DNA of 64,000 bases, taken from assembly GCA_002269645.1 (NCBI GenBank), contig NIVC01003095.1, positions 55,763 through 119,762 of the forward strand, read 5' to 3'. Source of the stretch: Macrostomum lignano. Lineage: Eukaryota. Both the position numbers and the translations under genes were made by a program. The stretch's first letter is position 1, and every line of letters begins with the position of its first letter. Shown one piece after another: positions 33,601 through 48,003 of this stretch. The notes below the pieces were generated by a model, which was not told where the DNA came from, did not search any database, and saw nothing but the letters and a program-made list of their open reading frames with translations.

Positions 33601-36600
33601 GTATTCTGCCAAATATTTACGTTTTTTTTCTCTGCTTTGCTTTTTGCTCCATATTTTTATAAATTATAGTCATATTTTGAAAGTTGAAAGTTGATAAAAA
33701 TGCGCATTTTTTGACACTTAAAAAACACACTTTTACAGAATTACCTATCAAGGTAAGCATTTAGCGGAAAATAACCAATCAGTGTCTTGAAGGTCTGAAA
33801 ATTCGCCAAAAGTTGGGTTCAATCAATTTTTGACTCCATATTGTGAATCCTTATTTTTTGAGATTCAAGATTTGGACGGGTCTAAAAAAAGTCACTTTTT
33901 TGTTGCCATGGCAACCAAGACGCGTTGCTATGGAACTTTCACGTCACACATCTTGTAGCCCTAAATGTTTTACGTCCATAGAGGGGTCACACATGGTTTC
34001 ATCTCAAGTGGTTTTAACTCTGCATCAATTTTATTTTCTAAAACGTTGATTTTACGTTGGGGGAGTCTCCGGGACATCTTATCTCGGTCTCGTTTGTCCG
34101 GAAAAATTTTTATCAATTTTTATCAACTATTTTTAGCATTTTTATCAACTTTCAACTGACGCAGCTCAAAGGTCGCGCGTCAGCGCGACCTTTGAGCTGC
34201 GTCATTCTAACAATGGCACCTGGGACTCTTACATGACGCACGACTTTAACCAAGATACTCACTTTAACTGTACATTCGCACCTGTTAATTACATTCGAAT
34301 ATTCGACGGGTAGGTATTCGAACCGAAATAAAGGAAATTCAACCTTGTTGCGAGACTCTAAAAAGTACATGAATGCGGTCATTTAGGTAAGATCTACATG
34401 TTTATAATACATTTTGAGCCGTTTCGTTGCACTGACTCTGAGCCATACACTGCTAAAGTCGATAAACGTGATTTAGGCTATTTTTATGTATTTTTCATGA
34501 TACAAATGTACAAAAAATAAGAAACGACGACATGCTAGGAAAATCAGACTTTTTAGGCAAGGTGCACAACTAAATTGCGCACAATATGTATATTTTGAAA
34601 TTTCGTCTTAGTTTATTGAAGTCGCTGCCGGTACAGAAATGTACTTTAACGACGGTACGGGGGGCTTGCATATCGAACATACTTTTTAGCCTGTAACTTT
34701 TGAGCGGATTACCGGAGCGCGACGCGCTTGGTGTCATTGAACTACATTTTAGATGTACTTTAATTTGAATGTATGTTCGCTGTCATTGCACGATGCGTTG
34801 TACACCTCAGGTCAGGTCACGTGACTTGCTGGAAATGAAATAATGACTTTGTACCTATACTAAGGATAGGTGAAGCGTAAGAATGAACCAAAATTTGTAC
34901 TTATTAGAAACACCTAGATGACTACTGTCAGAAAAAATGATATTCACGTCTGTCAGTTGCAAAATTTTGTTATAATTGACTTTTAAAATCGAAAAACGTG
35001 ATTTTGTGCAAAAACAACCTATATGAGCACACATAGGGTGAAAAATTTATTGATTTTCGCTATGAGGTTCTTAGCTTCCAAGAGCACTATTGTGCCCAGT
35101 AAACACGTACAGATGACTGCTATCTTCGTTAGTGTGCGAAAATTCGTATTTTTACGCTAATAACATTTACCGAATTACGAGGTTCCGGTGTTATGCGTTT
35201 TTTTGCTATATTTCACGCTGCCATTTATTAACGATGCTACGCCAGGCCTTCAGTGTGGTGTCAATAGTTAGCATTTAAAAAGTGCTTTAATTTGAGTGTA
35301 TGTTCGCTGGCATTGCACGATGCGTTGTACACCTCAGGCCAGGTCACGTGACTTGCTGGAAATGAAATAATGACTTTGTACCTATACTAAGGATAGGTGA
35401 AGCATAAGAATGACCCATATTAGTACTTATTAGAAACATCTAGATGAATACTCTCAGAAAAAGTGACATTCACGTCTGTCAGTTGCAAAAAAAATTTTTA
35501 ATTGACTCTCAAAATCGAAAAACGTGATTTTGTGCAAAAACAACCCATTTGAGCACTACATAGGGCGGAAAATATATTAATTTTCGCTATGAGGTTCTTA
35601 GCTTCCAAGAGCACTATTGTGCCCAGTAAACACGTACAGATGACTGCCATCTTCGTTAGTGTGCGAAAATTCGTATTTTGACGCTATTAACATTTTACCG
35701 AATTACGAGGTTCCGGTACTATGCGTTTTTTTGCTATATTTCACGCTGCCATTTATTAACTATCCTACGCCAGGCCTTCAGTGTAGTGTCAATAAATAGC
35801 ATTTAGCAAGTGCTTTAAGATGACATCATGCGCATTGCGTTGCGTAAAAGTGTGGGTCCACAGTTTCGTAACAAGTTAAAATGACCTGATTTCGCAAAAA
35901 TCTTTAAAACAAAAAATACCAAATAGGTAACTAAAAAGCCTTTTGAAACTGAATAAAAAATGCACATAAAAGTGCTATTTTGTAACGTAAAAAGTCTTGC
36001 GTCCTGCAAAAATCTTCTATGGTGACTTTTTGGAGCCGTGAAGTGTAAAAACGTGCGCATTTTTAAAGCTGTTGAACTTACTTTTTGAGGTATATTTTGA
36101 AAATAGGCATTTTATAAATTGTATAACAAAATTTAATTGAAGAAAGCAATAAGGTAAAATAGAATTCGAAATTATTTAATTTTGAAATAATTAAACTGTA
36201 CATTTCAGTCGTTCTGTTCCTTATAATTTCTACAAAAATTTAAATTTAAATCGGTTATGTTAACAGTAGTTTATTGCTGTAGGACAAATTTGACCCCAAA
36301 TTTTCAAAGCAACTTATCTAAGCAAACGCTATCTAAATCTGAAATATTTTCAAGCTTCAATCTGTAGCTATAATATTCGGTTTTGTTACGCTATTTATTC
36401 GTATCCTACTACATTATATATAATTATTGTACAATATATTATATTCTACAAGTACAAGTTTTAATTGTAATATATTCAATTGTTATCAGTTTTACACTGT
36501 AAGTGTAAGCTTCAAATTTTATTTGAAATATAACTGAAGTATAGTACTTTAATATTATTTTATAGCTAATTAATTGTATTCTGCCAAATATTTACGTTTT

Positions 36601-39600
36601 TTTTCTCTGCTTTGCTTTTTGCTCCATATTTTTATAAATTATAGTCATATTTTGAAAGTTGAAAGTTGATAAAAATGCGCATTTTTTGACACTTAAAAAA
36701 CACACTTTTACAGAATTACCTATCAAGGTAAGCATTTAGCGGAAAATAACCAATCAGTGTCTTGAAGGTCTGAAAATTCGCCAAAAGTTGGGTTCAATCA
36801 ATTTTTGACTCCATATTGTGAATCCTTATTTTTTGAGATTCAAGATTTGGACGGGTCTAAAAAAAGTCACTTTTTTGTTGCCATGGCAACCAAGACGCGT
36901 TGCTATGGAACTTTCACGTCACACATCTTGTAGCCCTAAATGTTTTACGTCCATAGAGGGGTCACACATGGTTTCATCTCAAGTGGTTTTAACTCTGCAT
37001 CAATTTTATTTTCTAAAACGTTGATTTTACGTTGGGGGAGTCTCCGGGACATCTTATCTCGGTCTCGTTTGTCCGGAAAAATTTTTATCAATTTTTATCA
37101 ACTATTTTTAGCATTTTTATCAACTTTCAACTGACGCAGCTCAAAGGTCGCGCGTCAGCGCGACCTTTGAGCTGCGTCATTCTAACAATGGCACCTGGGA
37201 CTCTTACATGACGCACGACTTTAACCAAGATACTCACTTTAACTGTACATTCGCACCTGTTAATTACATTCGAATATTCGACGGGTAGGTATTCGAACCG
37301 AAATAAAGGAAATTCAACCTTGTTGCGAGACTCTAAAAAGTACATGAATGCGGTCATTTAGGTAAGATCTACATGTTTATAATACATTTTGAGCCGTTTC
37401 GTTGCACTGACTCTGAGCCATACACTGCTAAAGTCGATAAACGTGATTTAGGCTATTTTTATGTATTTTTCATGATACAAATGTACAAAAAATAAGAAAC
37501 GACGACATGCTAGGAAAATCAGACTTTTTAGGCAAGGTGCACAACTAAATTGCGCACAATATGTATATTTTGAAATTTCGTCTTAGTTTATTGAAGTCGC
37601 TGCCGGTACAGAAATGTACTTTAACGACGGTACGGGGGGCTTGCATATCGAACATACTTTTTAGCCTGTAACTTTTGAGCGGATTACCGGAGCGCGACGC
37701 GCTTGGTGTCATTGAACTACATTTTAGATGTACTTTAATTTGAATGTATGTTCGCTGTCATTGCACGATGCGTTGTACACCTCAGGTCAGGTCACGTGAC
37801 TTGCTGGAAATGAAATAATGACTTTGTACCTATACTAAGGATAGGTGAAGCGTAAGAATGAACCAAAATTTGTACTTATTAGAAACACCTAGATGACTAC
37901 TGTCAGAAAAAATGATATTCACGTCTGTCAGTTGCAAAATTTTGTTATAATTGACTTTTAAAATCGAAAAACGTGATTTTGTGCAAAAACAACCTATATG
38001 AGCACACATAGGGTGAAAAATTTATTGATTTTCGCTATGAGGTTCTTAGCTTCCAAGAGCACTATTGTGCCCAGTAAACACGTACAGATGACTGCTATCT
38101 TCGTTAGTGTGCGAAAATTCGTATTTTTACGCTAATAACATTTACCGAATTACGAGGTTCCGGTGTTATGCGTTTTTTTGCTATATTTCACGCTGCCATT
38201 TATTAACGATGCTACGCCAGGCCTTCAGTGTGGTGTCAATAGTTAGCATTTAAAAAGTGCTTTAATTTGAGTGTATGTTCGCTGGCATTGCACGATGCGT
38301 TGTACACCTCAGGCCAGGTCACGTGACTTGCTGGAAATGAAATAATGACTTTGTACCTATACTAAGGATAGGTGAAGCATAAGAATGACCCATATTAGTA
38401 CTTATTAGAAACATCTAGATGAATACTCTCAGAAAAAGTGACATTCACGTCTGTCAGTTGCAAAAAAAATTTTTAATTGACTCTCAAAATCGAAAAACGT
38501 GATTTTGTGCAAAAACAACCCATTTGAGCACTACATAGGGCGGAAAATATATTAATTTTCGCTATGAGGTTCTTAGCTTCCAAGAGCACTATTGTGCCCA
38601 GTAAACACGTACAGATGACTGCCATCTTCGTTAGTGTGCGAAAATTCGTATTTTGACGCTATTAACATTTTACCGAATTACGAGGTTCCGGTACTATGCG
38701 TTTTTTTGCTATATTTCACGCTGCCATTTATTAACTATCCTACGCCAGGCCTTCAGTGTAGTGTCAATAAATAGCATTTAGCAAGTGCTTTAAGATGACA
38801 TCATGCGCATTGCGTTGCGTAAAAGTGTGGGTCCACAGTTTCGTAACAAGTTAAAATGACCTGATTTCGCAAAAATCTTTAAAACAAAAAATACCAAATA
38901 GGTAACTAAAAAGCCTTTTGAAACTGAATAAAAAATGCACATAAAAGTGCTATTTTGTAACGTAAAAAGTCTTGCGTCCTGCAAAAATCTTCTATGGTGA
39001 CTTTTTGGAGCCGTGAAGTGTAAAAACGTGCGCATTTTTAAAGCTGTTGAACTTACTTTTTGAGGTATATTTTGAAAATAGGCATTTTATAAATTGTATA
39101 ACAAAATTTAATTGAAGAAAGCAATAAGGTAAAATAGAATTCGAAATTATTTAATTTTGAAATAATTAAACTGTACATTTCAGTCGTTCTGTTCCTTATA
39201 ATTTCTACAAAAATTTAAATTTAAATCGGTTATGTTAACAGTAGTTTATTGCTGTAGGACAAATTTGACCCCAAATTTTCAAAGCAACTTATCTAAGCAA
39301 ACGCTATCTAAATCTGAAATATTTTCAAGCTTCAATCTGTAGCTATAATATTCGGTTTTGTTACGCTATTTATTCGTATCCTACTACATTATATATAATT
39401 ATTGTACAATATATTATATTCTACAAGTACAAGTTTTAATTGTAATATATTCAATTGTTATCAGTTTTACACTGTAAGTGTAAGCTTCAAATTTTATTTG
39501 AAATATAACTGAAGTATAGTACTTTAATATTATTTTATAGCTAATTAATTGTATTCTGCCAAATATTTACGTTTTTTTTCTCTGCTTTGCTTTTTGCTCC

Positions 39601-42600
39601 ATATTTTTATAAATTATAGTCATATTTACATATATCTTTTAAAAGTACTCATCCTTTCACATTTTATTTTGTAGTTATCAGTCAAATTTAACTTGAATTT
39701 TCCTTTTGTTTGCATAATTTTGACTTAAGACTTTAGTTTTGAAGTAAGTATTCTTTTTATTTCTTCATATGTTTAGCATAGTACAAATATCTGTAGTACT
39801 CTGCTTAATGGTAGAAGTTTGTGGACACTTTTTATAAATTCTGCTCAATTTATTATAAATTTAGCATTTTTGCTAGACAATATATACATGCCAATGCTCC
39901 TTATATCAAGCAATGCTTGAAAGTGCTAGACACTTAGTTTATGGTGAATTTTTACCAAGGGATGTTTTTTTGCTGATATAGAATTCCTAGAAGCATGTAC
40001 AAAAACATGGAATATGCCTGAAAAAACTCTAGAAAATATGCACTAAATCCAAGAAAAAATGTTGAAAGCACAGAGACCGAGATAAGATGTCCCGGAGACT
40101 CCCCCAACGTAAAATCAACGTTTTAGAAAATAAAATTGATGCAGAGTTAAAACCACTTGAGATGAAACCATGTGTGACCCCTCTATGGACGTAAAACATT
40201 TAGGGCTACAAGATGTGTGACGTGAAAGTTCCATAGCAACGCGTCTTGGTTGCCATGGCAACAAAAAAGTGACTTTTTTTAGACCCGTCCAAATCTTGAA
40301 TCTCAAAAAATAAGGATTCACAATATGGAGTCAAAAATTGATTGAACCCAACTTTTGGCGAATTTTCAGACCTTCAAGACACTGATTGGTTATTTTCCGC
40401 TAAATGCTTACCTTGATAGGTAATTCTGTAAAAGTGTGTTTTTTAAGTGTCAAAAAATGCGCATTTTTATCAACTTTCAACTGACGCAGCTCAAAGGTCG
40501 CGCGTCAGCGCGACCTTTGAGCTGCGTCATTCTAACAATGGCACCTGGGACTCTTACATGACGCACGACTTTAACCAAGATACTCACTTTAACTGTACAT
40601 TCGCACCTGTTAATTACATTCGAATATTCGACGGGTAGGTATTCGAACCGAAATAAAGGAAATTCAACCTTGTTGCGAGACTCTAAAAAGTACATGAATG
40701 CGGTCATTTAGGTAAGATCTACATGTTTATAATACATTTTGAGCCGTTTCGTTGCACTGACTCTGAGCCATACACTGCTAAAGTCGATAAACGTGATTTA
40801 GGCTATTTTTATGTATTTTTCATGATACAAATGTACAAAAAATAAGAAACGACGACATGCTAGGAAAATCAGACTTTTTAGGCAAGGTGCACAACTAAAT
40901 TGCGCACAATATGTATATTTTGAAATTTCGTCTTAGTTTATTGAAGTCGCTGCCGGTACAGAAATGTACTTTAACGACGGTACGGGGGGCTTGCATATCG
41001 AACATACTTTTTAGCCTGTAACTTTTGAGCGGATTACCGGAGCGCGACGCGCTTGGTGTCATTGAACTACATTTTAGATGTACTTTAATTTGAATGTATG
41101 TTCGCTGTCATTGCACGATGCGTTGTACACCTCAGGTCAGGTCACGTGACTTGCTGGAAATGAAATAATGACTTTGTACCTATACTAAGGATAGGTGAAG
41201 CGTAAGAATGAACCAAAATTTGTACTTATTAGAAACACCTAGATGACTACTGTCAGAAAAAATGATATTCACGTCTGTCAGTTGCAAAATTTTGTTATAA
41301 TTGACTTTTAAAATCGAAAAACGTGATTTTGTGCAAAAACAACCTATATGAGCACACATAGGGTGAAAAATTTATTGATTTTCGCTATGAGGTTCTTAGC
41401 TTCCAAGAGCACTATTGTGCCCAGTAAACACGTACAGATGACTGCTATCTTCGTTAGTGTGCGAAAATTCGTATTTTTACGCTAATAACATTTACCGAAT
41501 TACGAGGTTCCGGTGTTATGCGTTTTTTTGCTATATTTCACGCTGCCATTTATTAACGATGCTACGCCAGGCCTTCAGTGTGGTGTCAATAGTTAGCATT
41601 TAAAAAGTGCTTTAATTTGAGTGTATGTTCGCTGGCATTGCACGATGCGTTGTACACCTCAGGCCAGGTCACGTGACTTGCTGGAAATGAAATAATGACT
41701 TTGTACCTATACTAAGGATAGGTGAAGCATAAGAATGACCCATATTAGTACTTATTAGAAACATCTAGATGAATACTCTCAGAAAAAGTGACATTCACGT
41801 CTGTCAGTTGCAAAAAAAATTTTTAATTGACTCTCAAAATCGAAAAACGTGATTTTGTGCAAAAACAACCCATTTGAGCACTACATAGGGCGGAAAATAT
41901 ATTAATTTTCGCTATGAGGTTCTTAGCTTCCAAGAGCACTATTGTGCCCAGTAAACACGTACAGATGACTGCCATCTTCGTTAGTGTGCGAAAATTCGTA
42001 TTTTGACGCTATTAACATTTTACCGAATTACGAGGTTCCGGTACTATGCGTTTTTTTGCTATATTTCACGCTGCCATTTATTAACTATCCTACGCCAGGC
42101 CTTCAGTGTAGTGTCAATAAATAGCATTTAGCAAGTGCTTTAAGATGACATCATGCGCATTGCGTTGCGTAAAAGTGTGGGTCCACAGTTTCGTAACAAG
42201 TTAAAATGACCTGATTTCGCAAAAATCTTTAAAACAAAAAATACCAAATAGGTAACTAAAAAGCCTTTTGAAACTGAATAAAAAATGCACATAAAAGTGC
42301 TATTTTGTAACGTAAAAAGTCTTGCGTCCTGCAAAAATCTTCTATGGTGACTTTTTGGAGCCGTGAAGTGTAAAAACGTGCGCATTTTTAAAGCTGTTGA
42401 ACTTACTTTTTGAGGTATATTTTGAAAATAGGCATTTTATAAATTGTATAACAAAATTTAATTGAAGAAAGCAATAAGGTAAAATAGAATTCGAAATTAT
42501 TTAATTTTGAAATAATTAAACTGTACATTTCAGTCGTTCTGTTCCTTATAATTTCTACAAAAATTTAAATTTAAATCGGTTATGTTAACAGTAGTTTATT

Positions 42601-43636
42601 GCTGTAGGACAAATTTGACCCCAAATTTTCAAAGCAACTTATCTAAGCAAACGCTATCTAAATCTGAAATATTTTCAAGCTTCAATCTGTAGCTATAATA
42701 TTCGGTTTTGTTACGCTATTTATTCGTATCCTACTACATTATATATAATTATTGTACAATATATTATATTCTACAAGTACAAGTTTTAATTGTAATATAT
42801 TCAATTGTTATCAGTTTTACACTGTAAGTGTAAGCTTCAAATTTTATTTGAAATATAACTGAAGTATAGTACTTTAATATTATTTTATAGCTAATTAATT
42901 GTATTCTGCCAAATATTTACGTTTTTTTTCTCTGCTTTGCTTTTTGCTCCATATTTTTATAAATTATAGTCATATTTACATATATCTTTTAAAAGTACTC
43001 ATCCTTTCACATTTTATTTTGTAGTTATCAGTCAAATTTAACTTGAATTTTCCTTTTGTTTGCATAATTTTGACTTAAGACTTTAGTTTTGAAGTAAGTA
43101 TTCTTTTTATTTCTTCATATGTTTAGCATAGTACAAATATCTGTAGTACTCTGCTTAATGGTAGAAGTTTGTGGACACTTTTTATAAATTCTGCTCAATT
43201 TATTATAAATTTAGCATTTTTGCTAGACAATATATACATGCCAATGCTCCTTATATCAAGCAATGCTTGAAAGTGCTAGACACTTAGTTTATGGTGAATT
43301 TTTACCAAGGGATGTTTTTTTGCTGATATAGAATTCCTAGAAGCATGTACAAAAACATGGAATATGCCTGAAAAAACTCTAGAAAATATGCACTAAATCC
43401 AAGAAAAAATGTTGAAAGCACAAAAACTACATGGCACACACCGCCTATATGCCAGTATATTATGCTGCAGCATATTAATCCACAATCCAGTAGCAGTGCT
43501 AGTGTTCGTAGTTTAACTAAATTTGCCACCAGAAAAGAGTTGAGTTAACTTGGTAAAGAGTAGCATGTTTTCTGTGTTTAGCTAATTAGTTTCTTTATCA
43601 TTCTGAAATATTTACTAACATGTTTATTTAGACAGG

Positions 43637-46481
43637 ATGGGCAACGACAAAAACAGCATCAAGGACAACACTAGCATTAACAAGGATACAAGTGCTTCTT
43701 CTGTTGCTGCCAATAGTAAGTTTTGTACATTTGTTGCAACTTGCAGGTGATAGGTGCTACTTTCAGGAATAGTTTCAAAGCAATCCTACCTTTATTATTA
43801 ATATTCACACCTTAGGAAACCAGCTTTTACTAGCATTCTTGGCTGCCCATTTGGGCAACAGACAAACTAAAAAGTTCCTGCACTACACAATTTATTTACC
43901 AAACAATAAATCTCAATTGTTCACACTATAACTCACACTGAATAGTTCACAGGTAATTCTGTAAAAAAGTGTTTTTCAGATGTCTAAAAATGTGAATTTT
44001 TCAAACTCTTAACTGACGCAGCTCAAATCAATAGTTCACACTCAATAGTTTAGATTGAATAGTTTCGCCTGAATAGTTTTGACAGACAGAATAATTTCAA
44101 CTGAATAGTTACAACTGAATAGTTTAGACTTAATAATCTTGACTGAGTAGTTTTGACTGAATAGTGTGAACTCAATAGTTTCGACTGAGTAGTTTCGACT
44201 GAATAGTTTTGACAAAGGGAATAAATTCAATTGGAATCTGACCTTGTTTGACAGATCATTAAAATAATTATAGAAACTCTATTTTCGAATGTTTAACACC
44301 CTTAGAATTTGAGCAGATTTAAGAAATTTTGACCACTGTATAATCAGTGCAAAATCTGCAATAGTTTAGAAAAAACGCTATCAAAATTGATCAAGAATGG
44401 CACGCTCTAGAGCGAAATAGATGGACAGACATATATATATATATATATATATAGGTAGATTTATAAATTTCTTTTTTACTGTGACTTTAAACAGGTGCGA
44501 AAAAGTGCGGACGGCCGAAGAAGAAAAACTGGAGCCGCTCCAAGAATAATATTAAAGTTGCTGCTGTCGGTGATTTAACTGCTGGCGAAGAACAGATTCA
44601 AGAGCCAGATGTACAACCGGAAGCTGCTGCTGCCTCTTCTATTGCCGCTGCTGGGACTAAAGCTGGTGCTTCTGCTGATGCTGCTGCTAAAACTGAGTCT
44701 GTGATTAAGCTGGACGAGGCTGGTCTGGCTGCCCTGCTAGCTGAACATGATGCTGCTCTGGCCGACGCTCTGGCTGCTTCGGAATACCCCGTGGTCGAAG
44801 GTGATGCTGAAGTGCCCAATTCTGGTGCTGCTTACAATGAGCAACTTATAGGCTACTTGAGTGCTGGTGAGAGTTTTATTTTTTATTGAATTTCTATGCA
44901 TAGTACAAGTTAATTTTCTTTCTTACATCTGACTTTGCTTGCGAATATTGAAAATTAGATTTTAGTGTTTACGACTTGTGCAAAATACAATTAATGCTCA
45001 ATTCCTTAAAATTATCATACCTCACTGTTTAAGAGTTGTATTCTTTTACAGATGAAACAGGTGCTACTGCAATGGATTTTGCCGAAGGTCATGTAACTGC
45101 TGCTGTACAAGTCCAACCTGTATGGGTTCCTTTTTCTTCGTGTCGCGTTGAGAATGTACGAGGTGACGGCAACTGTTTTTTCACGGCCATATTGAGACAA
45201 TTACAAGAACTGCCAGGTTTTTCCGCCTATCAATCGCTAAGCGTAGAAGATTTTCGAGATGCGGTTGCTGCAGAATTCGAGCAATGGGTGCATCGCGATG
45301 TCAATAATCAGGAAAGAATTATGCAAACAGGACTGAATTGGGAAAAAGTGCGCGACGATACAAGGCGTCCCCGTATGTACGTGCCATGCGGAGTTCCAGA
45401 ACTAATTGGTGAACTGTTGCGGCTAGAAGTGTTTATTTATCAGTCAAACATGCTTAATCTAGCGCGGCCTGGCCATTATTCCCGACCGAATATTGGAGAA
45501 CGTTTGGCTACTATTCGATTGTTGTTTAATCCTGGTAGTCAACACTACGAAATCGTTCGTGTCAATGATTTGGAAGTTAATGAAGCAAGCTCAGTTCGGC
45601 CGACTGGCCAAGGAGATTTGAGCGCCAAGAATGTGGAAATGCCCCCTCTCAACGAGAATGTTCATGTTGTCGAAGATCCTGTTGTAATGATGCCACCTCC
45701 AGCTCCACCAATGACGCCTTTTGAAAAGGTTGCAGACTGGACCCGAGTTCAAAGTAGGCATTGGAAGGGACGTTGTAGAAATCAAGCAAAGTCCTTGGAA
45801 AATAATACGAGTTTGTTTGCGCATCCGAATTCATATGAAGTGCTTCGGGATCGGAACAACTCTGTCTGGAATTGGAATGTCGATCTTGACGCGGAGGATA
45901 GCGCAGAGTCAGTTGAAATTGAGCATGTGTCAGAGTCAGTTAAAAGTGATCGTGTGTCAGAGTCCGTGCCATCAAATGTTCCGCGGCGCAGTCGGCGTAA
46001 AAAGGATGTTGGGAAGGCAAGTTGCGCTACGCGTCGGAGTAGTCGACTGAGCGCTAAAGCAAACACATTAGAGTCTGTGTCTGTTGCAGCCTCTAGTGTA
46101 TCTGGTCAGAGCTTATTGAGAAGAAGCAGTCGCACTCGGAGAGCACCATGTTGCAGTTGCATCGGTTGTGGCGACTCAGTTTCGGCGGTTTCAAGCGTTT
46201 CTTGCCATTTGGAAAAAGGAAGAGGTCGAGAAAAGAAGAGCGACGTTGTACCAAGTGCTCCTACTCGTCGCAGCGAGCGTTTGAAAAACCAGCAGCAAGT
46301 GGTCAACTATGCAAATTCTTTACCACGGAAACAGAGATTGACAAACGCAGAAAATCATATCTGCGAACCCGTTCGATCGTCGCCTAGGAAGACGGCACCT
46401 TTGCAGCATGGCAACCAAGACGCGTTGCTATGGAACTTTCACGTCACACATCTTGTAGCCCTAAATGTTTTACGTCCATAG
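43637..46481 (+). CDS. Truncated Helentron gene copy 1: join(43637..43715,44495..44866,45052..46481), AT-hook + OTU, ~626 aa
   Basis: Two GT-AG phase-1 introns give one open frame containing KKCGRPKKK and the OTU motifs GDGNC and QHYE. The last ~24 aa are read from inverted module T. Confidence 0.7.
43941..44215. repeat. ~14-bp degenerate tandem array (ACTGAATAGTTTCG)n in Helentron intron 1 (also in copies 2-4)
   Basis: Recurrent TGAATAGTT/CAATAGTT units with a period of ~14 bp. Confidence 0.8.
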
Positions 46482-48003
46482 AGGGGTCACACATGGTTTC
46501 ATCTCAAGTGGTTTTAACTCTGCATCAATTTTATTTTCTAAAACGTTGATTTTACGTTGGGGGAGTCTCCGGGACATCTTATCTCGGTCTCGTTTGTAGC
46601 CCTAAGTTGTAGTAGTTGTTGTAGTAGTTGCCCTAAGGGCTACAACAAAAAAGTGACTTTTTTTAGACCCGTCCAAATCTTGAATCTCAAAAAATAAGGA
46701 TTCACAATATGGAGTCAAAAATTGATTGAACCCAACTTTTGGCGAATTTTCAGACCTTCAAGACACTGATTGGTTATTTTCCGCTAAATGCTTACCTTGA
46801 TAGGTAATTCTGTAAAAGTGTGTTTTTTAAGTGTCAAAAAATGCGCATTTTTATCAACTTTCAACTGACGCAGCTCAAAGGTCGCGCGTCAACATTTCAG
46901 TCGTTCTGTTCCTTATAATTTCTACAAAAATTTAAATTTAAATCGGTTATGTTAACAGTAGTTTATTGCTGTAGGACAAATTTGACCCCAAATTTTCAAA
47001 GCAACTTATCTAAGCAAACGCTATCTAAATCTGAAATATTTTCAAGCTTCAATCTGTAGCTATAATATTCGGTTTTGTTACGCTATTTATTCGTATCCTA
47101 CTACATTATATATAATTATTGTACAATATATTATATTCTACAAGTACAAGTTTTAATTGTAATATATTCAATTGTTATCAGTTTTACACTGTAAGTGTAA
47201 GCTTCAAATTTTATTTGAAATATAACTGAAGTATAGTACTTTAATATTATTTTATAGCTAATTAATTGTATTCTGCCAAATATTTACGTTTTTTTTCTCT
47301 GCTTTGCTTTTTGCTCCATATTTTTATAAATTATAGTCATATTTACATATATCTTTTAAAAGTACTCATCCTTTCACATTTTATTTTGTAGTTATCAGTC
47401 AAATTTAACTTGAATTTTCCTTTTGTTTGCATAATTTTGACTTAAGACTTTAGTTTTGAAGTAAGTATTCTTTTTATTTCTTCATATGTTTAGCATAGTA
47501 CAAATATCTGTAGTACTCTGCTTAATGGTAGAAGTTTGTGGACACTTTTTATAAATTCTGCTCAATTTATTATAAATTTAGCATTTTTGCTAGACAATAT
47601 ATACATGCCAATGCTCCTTATATCAAGCAATGCTTGAAAGTGCTAGACACTTAGTTTATGGTGAATTTTTACCAAGGGATGTTTTTTTGCTGATATAGAA
47701 TTCCTAGAAGCATGTACAAAAACATGGAATATGCCTGAAAAAACTCTAGAAAATATGCACTAAATCCAAGAAAAAATGTTGAAAGCACAAAAACTACATG
47801 GCACACACCGCCTATATGCCAGTATATTATGCTGCAGCATATTAATCCACAATCCAGTAGCAGTGCTAGTGTTCGTAGTTTAACTAAATTTGCCACCAGA
47901 AAAGAGTTGAGTTAACTTGGTAAAGAGTAGCATGTTTTCTGTGTTTAGCTAATTAGTTTCTTTATCATTCTGAAATATTTACTAACATGTTTATTTAGAC
48001 AGG

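Noticed and set aside
44330-44460. Possible small HINE/DINE-like remnant ending GGACAGAC(AT)n in Helentron intron 1
   Set aside because: It rests only on a microsatellite and a general resemblance; no termini could be defined.
28478-46900. CRISPR-like or prokaryotic repeat-spacer system
   Set aside because: The repeats are kb-scale duplications with no unique spacers and no cas genes, in a eukaryotic intron-containing context.
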